From: Callorhinchus milii | Lineage: Eukaryota | Length of the DNA: 64,000 bases | Direction: 5' to 3' | Assembly: GCF_018977255.1 (NCBI RefSeq) | Contig: NW_024704743.1 | Location: forward strand, 39,310,001 to 39,374,000 | Part shown: positions 24,987 to 38,010 of the stretch, in pieces | How the letters are laid out: each line of letters begins with the position of its first letter | Numbering within the stretch: position 1 is the stretch's first letter | The notes under the pieces: model-generated | Seen by the model: the letters and a program-made list of their open reading frames with translations, nothing else | Told to the model about the DNA's origin: nothing | The model's database searches: none | Translations under genes and position numbers: made by a program

Positions 24987-25945
24987 TATGTTTGCCTCCA
25001 CTCTTGACTCCAAGACCACTCCTGTCCTGACTGAATGATGTACTGACTCATCAAGTCCTGGATGAGAGCTAACTTTCTTCAGTTGAACGTCAACAAGACC
25101 GAAGCTCTCCTGATTGGCTCCCGTCAGTGCCTCCTCACCTCAGGCGCTGACAGCATCACCATCCATGGTTACACACTCCACCTTACTGAGCCAGTCCGGA
25201 ACCTGGGGTCTTGTTTGACCCTCAACTATCCTTTCTACCCCACATCTGCGCCATGACCTGCTCTGCCTTCCCCAACCTCTGCAACATCGCCCAGCTCCAC
25301 CACTGTCTCACACTGCAGGCCGCCGAAACCCTTATACATGCTTTCATTACATCGAGGCTCGATTATGCAAACTCATTGCTTGTCGGCCTCCCCGACTCCT
25401 CCCTTCCACAGGCTACAGATCATCCAGAACTCTGCAGCCACCATTCTCTCCTGCTCTCGGCACCGTGACCCTATCACCCCCACCCTTCCCAACTCCACTG
25501 GCTTCCCATCACACATAGGGTACAGTTCAAGATCTTGGTCCTCACCTTCAAAGCCCTCCATGGTCTTGCTATCCCCTACCTCTGCGACCTCCTAATCCCC
25601 TACGACCCTGCTCGCTCTGTCTGCTCAGTGCGCTCCGGCCTGCTTCACATCTCCCGCGTTGCTCTCCCCACTATTGGCGGGCGGGCCTTCTGCCATTCTG
25701 CCCCCATCCTATGGAACTCCATCCTGCAGTCCCTCTGCCTCGCCTCCTCCCTTGCCACCTTCAAGACCCATCTCAAGACCCTCCTCTTCGACCGTGCTTT
25801 CGATCTCCCTGCTTCCCCCTCCGCCCTCCATCCTCCCCGACCTCGACCCGCAGCTCGGGTCCATAAATCTGTCTGTCCAGTGCTTCGGGATGTCCTCCCA
25901 ACATGAAAGGCGCTTTACAAATGTAATTTTGTTGTGGTGATTGTT
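24987..25945 (+). mobile_element. L2 LINE, 5'-truncated (same subfamily as 15253-16586)
   Basis: [31 protein letters not shown] and FKTHLKTLLF; tail aaatgtaattttgttg. Confidence 0.97.
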
Positions 25946-26039
25946 GTTTGAGTCTGTCAATATCCTGGCTGCTCACTCTGACTAACTGAACCAATGTATA
26001 AGCTTAACAGTCCTCTTCACTTTCAGCTCTTTCAAATCT

Positions 26040-26640
26040 TTTATTCCATCCTTGGTCAACATTGTCTGCGTGTGTCTCTATTTAATACCCACCAGAGCTG
26101 AAACCCTTATCCATGCTTTCATAATGTTAAGGTTTCCCTCGCCAGCCTCCAAAGCTTTATCCTCCACAAACTCCAAGCCTTCCAAACATCTACAGCCCAT
26201 ACTCTTTCCCATGCTAGGCTCTGCATAGTCATTGTCTCAGTCCTTGCCAGGCTTCACTAGCTCCAGCAAATTGACTTTAAGATCCTTATATTGATCTTCA
26301 AAGTCCTTCACATTCTCACTCATCCCTACCTATGCAATGTTCTCCAGTCCATATGCTCCACTCTTCTGATTCTGATCTCTGCTGCTCATTCCTGACTCTT
26401 TCTCTCCCCAAATTGATGACTGAATCTGCAGCAACAATTTCTCTGCTTTGCAAACTCCCTAGGCCTTGCTTCCTCTCGCCCTGCCTTCAAAACCTTCATA
26501 TACACACATCTCTTAGATGATGCTGGCCAACACCTTCAAAGTCGCCTTCCCTCCTATCTTGCTTAATAATTTCCATCATCTTTGAAAAGAACTTTGAAAC
26601 ATTCATCATTTGTGAAAGGTAGGTGAAGCTGCTGTTATTA
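26040..26640 (+). mobile_element. Old degenerate L2
   Basis: gctgaaacccttatccatgctttc...cttcactagctcc...ttgactttaagatcc. Confidence 0.75.
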
Positions 26641-27189
26641 TAAATCTTTAGCACATTGTACAAAGATACTACTGCATTATTTTACTGCAGTATTTTATGC
26701 ACCTTAATTTCTATAATTTGTTGCCTGGGATCTTGATTCTTTAAACATCTAGGTATGAGAAAAGATCTTTAATCAGAAGCTCAGTCAATAACTCATTTTG
26801 CCTACTGAATAGTTCATTTTTCTTTGGTAACACTTTACAGATTGAGTGTAAAAATCTGATTTTGTTTTATTATAAACACTGCCAGATCTCAAACACAAAA
26901 TGCACTGCTTTCGCAGCTGGATGACTGGCAATCGTTGACTGACAAGTTATGAGAGAACTTTGCTGAATATTAATAATATTTATCAGAAGAAACAAAAGCA
27001 TCTGTACAAAGGCATACTGTGGAACAAGCTGTGAAATAAAAGAGACAATGTAGTCTTGTTAAAATTCCTTTCATCTAATATGTTAGAACAAGCTTTGAAA
27101 TCCCACAAGCTGTTTTAATCAATAGTTGCTTATTTTGTTACTTGTTCTAGTACCAGCTCATTGGCATTTTTATATTTGCATCAAGTATG

Positions 27190-27365
27190 TATTGATCATT
27201 CACTTTGTGGCTGTTTGTGGGACATTACGGTGAGCAAATTGACTGTCATGTTTGCCTACAAAATACACGGTCATTGCCCTTCACAATATATGCTGTGAAG
27301 CGCTTCGAGACTACCTCCTGAAGTGAAAGGCACTATATCTAATGCAGGAATTATTATTTATTATT
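27190..27365 (+). mobile_element. Deu SINE 3' half
   Basis: ggctgtttgtgggacatt...gtgaagcgcttcgagac...attattatt. Confidence 0.85.
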
Positions 27366-29964
27366 ATGTGAGTAAAAATTCCTTTCAGTGATATGTGGAA
27401 TTCCTTTGGCGATATTGGTCACAAAAGGAGCAGTACCTAGTTTGAATGGTGGAAGGGGAGGGGTTTATACTTACACAAAACTTGAGAAAATGCACCACTT
27501 GCTTTTCCTGCACAGATTTTTTTTACAAAGTGCCTAGCATTTATTTCAAAACAAACTTATGATGTTACACATACTTTTACTTTCCAATATTCTCATGAAC
27601 AAAATACCACAATGACTATCCGTCTCTTTGAAAGCCTTAATGCTCTGCAGTGCTGATGGCAAAAGGCAGGATTCCACTGAAAGGACTTATTTGTGCTTTT
27701 CTGTCAGGGCTTTGATACAAGCCAACATAGGTTGAGGAAAGAAGGAACAAATGATTTCTTTGTATCAAAACTGGAGGAAATTGATTGATTACATTTGTTT
27801 TAAATTGTTTTAACTCATAAATAAACACCATTTCTTGAATGCAGTTGACTTCCTGACCACATCCTAATGAGTGGCTTGGATGCTTCCCATCTTTCCTCTG
27901 TTTGGTTGATCATCTGGCTGCCAATTATTTGAAAAATGCGTGTGCCATCGACATCTGTTTGGTCTGTTCAGCAAGAGGTCCGTATGGAATCAGCAATGTC
28001 CTGCGAAACCTCTCGAAATGATTTACAACTCGTACGCTAGACAATTATCCCTATGCTGTCTGTATCAACAATAAGTAAAATCCTATGTGTGCACCTTTCT
28101 CTGCCAACTGAATTGTTTTGTTGCAATTTTTTAAATAATCTGCAAATGCAGCACTGTGTCCTCCACAGATAAGCTCTCCCACTGCAGCTGAGTGTTGTTG
28201 ATGTTTATTGTAAGTGCTAACTGACCTAAATTAAAATACAAAGCTGTGTCATACAAGAAAGGCTGGAAGTAAGACCATAACTATTTTATGTGTGTAGGGG
28301 ACTGGAAAAGAGCACCACAAGAAGCTCAATCTAAGAGCTCAAAATGTACTGCCACCAGCAATGATGCCAATACTCTCTAATATATTGCAGCCTCTAATGT
28401 GACACTGCAATGCATGTTTAGCTGTATTTAATCATTGCTATTTTGCAATGGGAAGTTGGTGGCACAAAGATGAATTTGTATTCAATAATGATATAACCAT
28501 ACAACATAGAGCAAATACAGCATAGTGATGAGAAATCACTTCAAACAGGCAACATCAAGGCATTTCATAAATACAAATATATGAACTTATAGGTTAATGA
28601 TGCAAACAGTGTTATAATTGAATAGTTTATATAGTTGCTTTCACGCTATCAAAATACCACATACTTTTATCAAGTTCACAAGAAAGGTTTAACTGAGAAA
28701 GGTCCTTGGTCCTGTTTGATCTCATAGTACCATCCTTGAGAACATTCTTACTCATGAGGAGGTGTTAGCCTAGACATTTCCATGATGTGAACCCTCATCC
28801 CACTTTGGCACAATGGTTGTATCCAAAGGTTTCCATGACTCCATTGTAGTTCCTCACCTCCTGTTGATGGAGATAGCATCTATATCTAATGTGCCAGAGC
28901 TGGTCGAGTGAACTCTCATCCAGAATCACCCCTTTTGTCTTTTTTTATAATTAGTTTATTTGAAAACATTCCAGTGCAGCACACTACCTTTTTGTTGAGT
29001 CAGAATTAAACCCTTTTTATGTTTACAATAGTGCATCTCTACGTTTCCTTAGGCTTCAGTGACAACAATACTAGACAGTTTGGTGCAGTAAACAAGTAGG
29101 TCAGTCTACATTCATTTCTGCTTTGTGTGACATGTTTTAGAGAAGCCAATGCTTTCTGAGATCCAATGACATAACCAAATGGCCAGACAGGCCATGTACA
29201 TGAGTCCTTTATTACATTATATATAGATGCTCAGATACCTAGATAACACAGAAAACAACAAGGGCTACCTATGGCTCTTCTCTTTCATTTTCTGCATCCA
29301 CCTGATATCTATTCTTGACATCTAACAAATTCATTGCATAAGTACAAATACAACTAGCTGTAAAGAATTAACAGATTTCTTTGGGTCGTACTATGGCCAG
29401 TTTACCATAACTCCTAAATAATGGAATCTATTTATTTTGCTCCAATTTTCTCTCCTTTCCTGAAGGCATTGATTATGCTGGAGTTCAGTTTCAATGGAGC
29501 CAACTGCTCTTTTGGTATGGTGCCCAATTTCCCTTTCTTGTTATGTAAGCCAAGCCAGCAAGTGCTTGATTTCCCCCCACTCCTTGGTCCTGGTACTATT
29601 GAGGCCAACACCACCACCCTGGCTGAGATCAATTAATTCAGCACTGAATGTCACTCCAATGTGACCCTTTCATGGATGGTATGACTCAGGATCACAGATC
29701 AACAAGGGACAGTCTTTATTAACTGAATAATTCGGGGAGTTTAGAATTTTATTTTAATATGATTAATGTACATTTGATAACTGTCTGAGCCCTTAAGCAT
29801 TCCTCATTGTACTGCTTTTGTGCTCTGCTGTTGGAATTTCATGGAACCAGTGTTGTAAATTAAAACTCTGTCAACTGTGGAAGAGACTAGAGAAGTTTTA
29901 CAATAGATACTCAAGTGGCACCAAATCTGTTAAATGAATGGACTGAACTTAACAAGCAGCCAAC

Positions 29965-30150
29965 TGTCTGGCCAACATTCCTCTCGATAAAATGGGTCAT
30001 TCAGCTCATGGCTGCTGTTTTTGAGGTGTGTGTGTGTGCAAAATGGCTGCTGCTTTAGTGAAAACAGTCACTACACGTGACAGTAATCATTATCAAGCGT
30101 TTTGAGATGTTTCAACGTTGTATACTCTTTGCAAATGCAAGTCTTTCTTT
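29965..30150 (+). mobile_element. Old Deu SINE 3' half
   Basis: ctggccaacattcctc...gtgcaaaatggctgctg...aaatgcaagtctttctttc. Confidence 0.75.
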
Positions 30151-31104
30151 CTTCTGCTTTTTCTGTCCATTCTCAATTCTGGATCTTCACAGCTAAAATG
30201 ATAGGAAAGAAAGATTCACAGCTGGAGCTGGAAAAAGTGGCTTGCACATATGTAATTCAAATAACATGTGCCAACAAGGACATTCACTGAGTAGAAGCCT
30301 TTTCCATTTGTGAAAATATGTAAATTCAGTCAATGTACATGACTAAACTATGAGAACACCATCAAGGACATTGGAAAGCCAGTCACATAATTACTAATTC
30401 TAACATTTGTTCAGCACTTTTCACGTCGGAAGCCTATTTTAAAACACTCCCAGGATTTACTGTAAAGGGTCGTGACTGGGTGTTTTGTAGGCAAAAAAGG
30501 GTCAGTTTTTTCTCATGTGCTTCTGAGATCTGAGGAGTTTTTTGAGTTGCCTTGTTTTTCTTTGCTTTCAGCAGTAAACCTTTACCTTCTTTATAAAGCA
30601 GCTCAAGTGTCCAGACTAGCTAAATTACCATAATACTACCTTTGCTACTAAAATAAACACTTACAAAAATAAAATAGAAATATAGGGCCTGAAAATCCAT
30701 CCGGGAGTAACCTTTTCACTCTCTGAACAATGTGGGTGGTTTTGAATTGGTTTGAGAGTGATGACAGGTGGCAATAATGATTGGTTCCCATTTTCCCAGA
30801 TGCCAGAGTTTAACCACAGGGGACACATTTAACCATGGAGAGGCAAAAATCCATCAATTTAAAAGGATTTTATTTGGGGTAGGGAAGGGGGGAAGTTTGT
30901 GGGACCTGCTACATGCAGATCAGCTACCATATTCACCTAAAATACACAGTCAATACACTTCACAGTAAAATCCTGGGAAGGATTTTGAGACGTCTCAATG
31001 AGGTGATAAGGCACTATATCAAATGCAATTATTATTAATTTATTAATAATAATAATTGAATTTAGTTGCATTCAATCAGACTACTATTGTTTTTGTAAAA
31101 AACA

Positions 31105-31230
31105 GACTTGTACACGCCTTCATTACATTGAAGCTCGACTATGCAAACTCACTGTTTGTCGGCCTCTCCAACTCCTCCCTCCACAGGCTGCAGATCATCC
31201 AGAACTCTGCAGCCTGTATCCTCTCCCGCT
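31105..31230 (+). mobile_element. Internal L2 ORF2 fragment without 3' tail
   Basis: LVHAFITLKLDYANSLFVGLSNSSLHRLQIIQNSAACILSR in the ORF track. Confidence 0.9.
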
Positions 31231-31877
31231 TATTATCTTATTATTAATAACATAAAAGATAAACAGGACCTCGATAGGAGCCTGGTGATCACACCAGCGC
31301 CTTTGGTCTCCTGGCACTGGGAGTCATTAAAGTAAGGCTTGTACCAATTTTGACACCCCCACCTTCCCCTGGATCTCTGGCTTCATCCTCCCCCCATCGT
31401 AAAGAGCTTCCACTGCCAATGGTTGCAGCTCATTCTCTTTTTTAAAAAATAATGTACTGCTAGGCTAAGGAGCATCAATGGTTTAAATGTTGTCTGAAGT
31501 ATCAAGAGCTAATTTGAGTTCAATCTCAAAGAGAATTTCTGAGGAGGTGGTACTCAGCAGCAGTGGAGGCCCAGGGTGTTCTGTCTGTTCTATATTGAGT
31601 GGGTGGAGGGATGGAAGAATGATCAGTGTTGGAAAGCTTTGGAATTAAGACCTCTGTCGCTGTTTTTCAAAGCCAAGCAGTATAACTGTTGGCCTTGCAA
31701 AATAACCAACAGTGAAAAGAGATGCACTCATCATAATTCAATATTTCCAGATGGACACCCTCCATTATTGATCCCCTCAGGAATGAAATTTTTTCAATTT
31801 CTGTTAAAAAAAATCCTCACCAGGAGTCTCACTAAATATATTCTCCCTGCAGTGCCTTCATTTAGGCACATTTACAA

Positions 31878-32098
31878 CAAACTACAGGAATTTACATTTA
31901 TATTGCGTCTTTTATGTCAGAATGATGTCTCAAAAAGAATCACACAAGGGAATCAGAGCTTAAACTGGGGAGGGGAAAACCGGGGAGAGGAAAGGTGGCC
32001 AAAAGCACACGAAGAGATACGTTTAAGGTGGGTTTTAAAGGCAGAGAGTGAGGGGCCAAGGAGGAGCGACACTGGAATGGAGTTCAAGAGAGCGAGGA
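31878..32098 (-). mobile_element. L2 3' fragment, interrupted by a SINE
   Basis: atttacatttatattgcg...gtgggttttaaagg...gaatggagttcaagag. Confidence 0.7.
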
Positions 32099-32492
32099 TA
32101 ATAATAATAATCCTTGGATTTTATATAGCACCTTATTATGTTGTTGAGATGTCTCAAAGTGCTTCACCAGATATATTTTAAAGTGCAGTGACTGCAGAAT
32201 TTTGTAGTTAAATATGCAGCCAATTTGTGTAGAGTAATGTTCCACAAGCAACTGTGAAATTAATCCATTTTTATCTGGAGGATGTTTGGCCAAGAGACAG
32301 GAGAAACTCTCTTCTATTTTTGAATAGTAACATGAGATCTTTAGCATCTTTAACCTGAACAGGTAGACACAACCTTGATTTAACGTCACAGTAAAAGGAC
32401 TGCACCTCAGCCAGTGCACTACTCCGCCCAGCAGTGCACTGGACTGTCAGCCCAGACTGTGTTAGTTCAAAGTCCTGTCATGGGGCTTGAAC
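32099..32492 (-). mobile_element. Deu-domain SINE
   Basis: (ATA)n tail, Deu core, ggggcttgaac at the head end. Confidence 0.9.
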
Positions 32493-33734
32493 GTATAATA
32501 GCTGAAGTAGCTGAATGACCACCAAAGCGGGCGGGTGGAGGGATGGGATCTGAAGCAATCTAGTGTTATCTGAGTGGCAAGAAAAGCCAGGGCAGCAGAT
32601 TTGTAGGTCACGCAGGTAGGTTGGGGTGAGGTCACTCTACAAGTAAAAACAATTTACAGACAACATTTGTTTGCAAATACTATAATAAATCTGTTCATCA
32701 CAATCAGATGTACAGTGGCATTACACAAATTTAGTACACATATCCATCCAAATAAGACATTTGATTTAAACAAATGAAGGACTTAGCAAAATGATGGATA
32801 AGAAACGTTATCATCAATTTGAATATAGCAGGGTTGCACATTGGACCTTATTCACTTCCAGATCATCAAATTTTGGTTGATATCACTTCCTGCTTTGTGC
32901 ACACACAAGTAGAAGGTAATGTCAGCCATAACCAGGAAGTTGGCTATTTTTTTTCAGTGTGGGACTCAGTTGGTGTGTTGTGAGCTGGTTCACTGTGCAT
33001 ATGTGCTGCCCTCTGTGCCTCATTATAGTGTAGACCCAATTACAGTGCAACACAAATTTACATTTATTTAGTGCCTTTCACGTTGGGAGGATGTTGCAAA
33101 GAACTTACCACAATTATCATGTTATGAATCTCAACCTCCACACTATAAAGTGGTCTACTGTATTAAAGCCAGTGTCTGTATTATGCAGAGGAACACACCA
33201 TAATCAATACATTGATCAGTCATTCCGCTAGCTTCTGAAAAACGCAAGTAATGGTGTAAGAGGATCAATAACCTGAAAGATTCTGCAAGAAGTTAACTGC
33301 AGCATAACAGAATCTAAACTGAATTTAAGGTTGTTTTCCAATATTCAGCATAATCTTGAATTTAAGACAATGGCTTTAAGCCTAAGAATATGAGAAATGT
33401 TACTCCTTGTTTTTAAGACAATGAAAATCATACATTTGGTTTTGGTGATCTGCAAATATGCACAATATTAAAATCAGCTGGGGTTTGTTTCAGGGAGGGT
33501 TAGAGGGAACACTATCCTTTTATTTCTTTATCTCATCCCCATCTCTATCTGTATGTAAATCTCACCTCATAACCTTCTTCTTCAACGGTGCCTGTAATCA
33601 CCTCCACCTTTTACCCCTCTTCCCTTGCTTGACAGTTCAATTCCATCTCTGTGATGTTCTCCAAGTTGTTACTCTATATAAATGCAAGCTGTTGTTGTTA
33701 TAAAATAATGCAGTTTGCAAAGTAATAAATAAAA

Positions 33735-34175
33735 AATAATCCTTACATTTGATATAAAGCCTTTTGCATCAGCAGGACATCTCAAAGCACTTCATATGAT
33801 TTTACTGTAAAGTATAGTGATTATGACTTTCGTAAGTAAACACAGCAACCCATTTGCGCACAGCAATGTCCCACAGCCATGAAGTGAATGACAATTCTAT
33901 TTGGGAGATTTTTGGTAAGGACATCAGGAGAAACTGCCTTCTCTTTTCAAATAATTTCTTTGGGATCGTTAACATCCCATTGAACAGGCAGACAGGACCT
34001 TTTAACATCTCATCTGAAGAACCATACCTCCACCAATGCAGTGTAGCCCCAAGGACTGTATTGGAGTGTCAGCCGAGATGATATGAATTAAAAGTTCCAA
34101 CATAGAGCTTGAACTCAAAACTTTCTGATTCAGAGGTGAGCGTGCTATGAACTCAGAGGTAAGAGGACTGACACC
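33735..34175 (-). mobile_element. Deu-domain SINE, full length
   Basis: Same layout as 17910-18337. Confidence 0.9.
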
Positions 34176-35769
34176 TAACAGAATTTCCCCTACACATCAC
34201 AACAACAAGGCTTTGCTCAAGGCTGTGTAAAGATAGCAAGATATCCTGAGGAATCTTAGCTTTGCAGATAGTTGTGTCAGTCTGCTAAGTTAATGCCCAA
34301 ATAAGTATACAATTGTCCATTGTCTGTCAAATCTGTCAAATATGTTTTCAAAGATTTAAGCCCCTTGAATTTTTTTCTAAGAATACTGAACTAAAAATGT
34401 AATATTTTATAACACATTTTATAAAATAATTTACATATTATGAAACATTATGTTTTGCTTCATATATATATATATATGAGTATATAGAGATGCAAAACAT
34501 GGTTGTCTGGTGAACCTTTGTCTCTCTGTTTTTGATGATTTCCTCCTCTGGCTAGACCTCGGAAGAGAATGAGGGTGGCAAAACATCATCCTGTCTTTGT
34601 GGCTTTGTTTTTTTCTTCATTTAACAACAACTGTAATTCAGTTTACCTTCTGTAATTGAATCTTAGAAAAATGAAAATTAAACACGGTAGATGTACAAGA
34701 TCAGTATGTCAGGCTTTTTGTGCCCTGGACTTGTATTTGGCAGCTTCTCTTTCTGCAGGATCTGCTGTTCGATGAGGAGGGTTCTGTTTTCCTGCTGAAT
34801 TATGTGACTGTGCAGCAGAGCCAAGGCACACAGCTGAAAATGCCATCAAGATTTTTCCACTCATTCATGTCTGCTTTGCACAGTAAACTCAGAGTAACTT
34901 TTAATTTTTTTTATTTACAAAATCCTCTTCAGTAGCACAGAACAGTGAAGCCTGCATAAATGAGTACATTTTACATTGCGCATCAGATCAATTAATAAAT
35001 ATATATCGAACTAAAGTACCATTCCCAGAATGACGCAGATATGGAATGGAATCTAAATCTGGTTTTGGCTCCTTTTGTTAGTGGAAGCTCAAGATTTTAA
35101 TTATCCCGTTCTATGTCATTGTGGAGGAAGAGTGGGGGAGTGGAAGAGAATTCTGTGTTCAGTTTCTTGCTATAAAAAGTAGCAAAAATGCAGGCACTCA
35201 ATGATTTTAGCATATTTTTGTTGTGCAGTGTAACATACACTCTCAGAGATCTAATAAGGGTTTCAATTACCTCAATTGCAATGTTGTGTATTGAATGAGT
35301 CAGACTTATTCCCAGAATCTTTGTGTCCTAATACAAATCCCAATAGGATCATCACTAATGCACGGGTTGTGAACAATGTAGTAAGGACTTGTTTGTACTG
35401 TATTGAAAATCATTAATTATAATACCACTATAAATAAAGGGGAGATCATTAAGATGTTTAAGAGATTCAATATCACATATAACCTGTGAAGAAATATTGG
35501 ATTCTTCATTGCAATATTTACATGTGTCATGAATGCCTTATTGCATCAAAACATTGCATAGTGCTTCTCAAAATAGGTTGCTTTGAAATTCAGTGACTGT
35601 ACAGGGTGAATCAAAAATCCTTACTCACAGGTCTATAATGAAATGTAAAACTGAGTGCCATGCAGATGTTTACACAGATCAACCCAGTGATAGAATCTTA
35701 CACGTACACGATGAAAGACATCTCCTGTAATAGCTGCGCACTCTCCACCAATGCTGTCTTAAAAAAAAC

Positions 35770-36110
35770 ATAATAATAATTCTTCTATTGATATAGCGCC
35801 TCAACATGTCGCTGATGCTTATTGTAAAGTGGATTGATTATATATTTTGTAGGCAAAACGCGGCAGCCATTGCGCACAGCAGCATCCACAAACAGTTGTG
35901 GATTCAGTGACCGCATTTTTTTGAGGGAATTATTACTCGCGGAAACGAACTGCCAATTGACTAATAACTGGGTTCCTATGTGGTGCTAGGTAAGCAGAGG
36001 CATGTAGAGTAAGGAAACTTTTCTGAGGTCTCACCTCGCTTGGGAATTGAACCTGGGTCCTCTCATTTGCGAGGCGAGCTCGCTAACCACCACGCTGTGG
36101 GATTCCTGGT
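35770..36110 (-). mobile_element. tRNA-Ala SINE
   Basis: Tail, shared 3' half, gagtaaggaaactt...gaattgaacctgggtcc...gctaaccac. Confidence 0.9.
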
Positions 36111-36289
36111 ATAATATAATTAATAATTACATATATAATTTAATAATTAAAAACTCTATTAGTAAGAACTACTGATTCACCCTGTAGTTATATAGGCAAA
36201 TGGGGCAGCTAGTCTCTGACTGCAGAGATCTATAAATAGCAGTGAGTTTAATTCAAATTTGCATCCTTGATAACTTAATTGACAAAGGC

Positions 36290-37010
36290 ACTGCTTGATC
36301 TGGAACCATGCCATAGAAATGGGAAGATTCTGGAAACAATCCTTGGTCTGTGTTAAATTAGTTGCTATTTAATTGCAGCACTGCAATTGGCTTCAGAATG
36401 CTCGGGGGGAGAAATCATTTGGATGTGAGTGTATGTGGACAGGATCAGGCTTGGCTGTGATTCTTCTCATGATTGCACATGAAGAATAGTTACTTGGGTG
36501 AGGTGTTGGAGGGTGGCCAGTGCCCATGGAACTATATAACCCGGAATAAGGTCATAATCTTCGGGAGATCAGGGGAAAAGAAACCGTGTGGTAGGAGGAT
36601 TGCTTTTATTGTTTGAAATGTGATATAAAAGTTTTTATGAAAGGTTTTGCTATGGGGCAGCAAAAAAGGAAGAGGCGCTGGAGGTATTTGCTGACCTACA
36701 GGTGACTAGTTCATGTTTGCCACAGATTTTCTTTCCTTCTTTTCCAATGTTTCCCTTTCTCTTCCAAAGATTCTGTGTCTGTTTTGAGCATTGTTCCAGG
36801 CCTCCTGACTCCCCTTCAACACTTCATCCAAATCAGTCAGTCTTTGTGTGAGGCTATTCAGCAAATGTTGGCAGATTATTCAAAAACAGATGAGGCCTAG
36901 TCTAAAAAGCACACATACACAGTTTCCATCATGTTATTGCATGAATGATCAGAAATAGGATCTCATCTCTCCAGTTTGGAGGCACTGAGGCCAATTGTTG
37001 CATCCTTTCT
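36290..37010. mobile_element. Two inverted copies (about 36290-36580 +, about 36750-37010 -) of a further, unnamed SINE-like family
   Basis: caattggcttcag...cacatgaagaat...acttgggtgaggtgttggaggg versus cccttcaacacttcatccaaat...actgaggccaattg; related pieces near 29530-29650, 41340-41490 and 52030-52130. Confidence 0.55.
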
Positions 37011-37749
37011 AATCACAATTACAAAGAAAGTTGTTAGATGATTGGTGGATCGTATTTCATGGGGTAATAATTCCTTCCAAAAAAAGGAATAAATTGGTCA
37101 CTCGATTCTCGACTGCTTGTGGGACATTTGTGTGTGCAAAAGGCTGCCGTGTTTCGTGCACAAAATACAGTCAATTTCCTTTACAGTATATTCTGTGAAG
37201 CTTTTGGGAGTAATTTGGGATATATTGCCCTTCCTAATAGTGAACCTGTGGTTCTTCAGCCTTCTGCTTTGGGGTGCATGAAAGTAACAGGGTCATTTTT
37301 GCACTATATTTTAAATGGGATTTCTTAATTAAGAAATCCGAGTGGGGTCTTCATCCGGTAATTGGAACTGACTCGAGAGAATTGCACTAGATCTGAAGTT
37401 GAAGTGGCATTCCCTTGAGTCAGTGTCATGGACTTCACTCCCTAAATAAGAAATACTGAAAAATTGAACCTTTTATTCATTGCTGCAGCCAAAATCAGAT
37501 AAGTAAACACAGACTGGGATTTGAGCTTCCACAATCTGAATGATTCAACTTCACATTAGGCGTGGAATCACACATGGTCCAATTGAAGATTGTAACGTTT
37601 TCCACCTGCTCTACAACTCAGGCTGATTCTAATTTTGTACAATTTTACCCTGTGATTCCATAGTCTACAACGTTATCAGGTTACTTTGCTGATACTGAAC
37701 CAAGATCGCTGAAATGTCATTTATTCTTGCTTGAGTAGCTTGTTCCTTC

Positions 37750-38010
37750 AGGAAGATAAATTTGTCACCATACGTTCCCCTGGAGGCAATGGACTATCTA
37801 AGGAATTGTGACAAGCTGACTTGTTCAGCTGCAAAGTTTTGGGACACCCTCAAGGTCACAGCATTTCCTATGGTACTTTTAAGTCAAAAGACTGCCAGAT
37901 ATATCAATCAGCTTAAAGCAGACGTGAGTGACATAGAGACAAGACATGCACAAACATCAGACTTGTCTATTTGTCATTGAATCCCTATAAGAAGAAACTT
38001 GAGGCCTAAC
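37750..38010 (+). mobile_element. L1/Tx1-clade ORF2 relic (endonuclease-RT linker region)
   Basis: SAAKFWDTLKV...YINQLKADVSDIETRHAQT resembles the W(D/E)xxK motif plus coiled coil that follows the L1 endonuclease. Confidence 0.55.

Noticed and set aside
31576..32181. 201-aa ORF
   Set aside because: It runs through unique AT-rich DNA into antisense L2 and SINE sequence, with no coherent domain.
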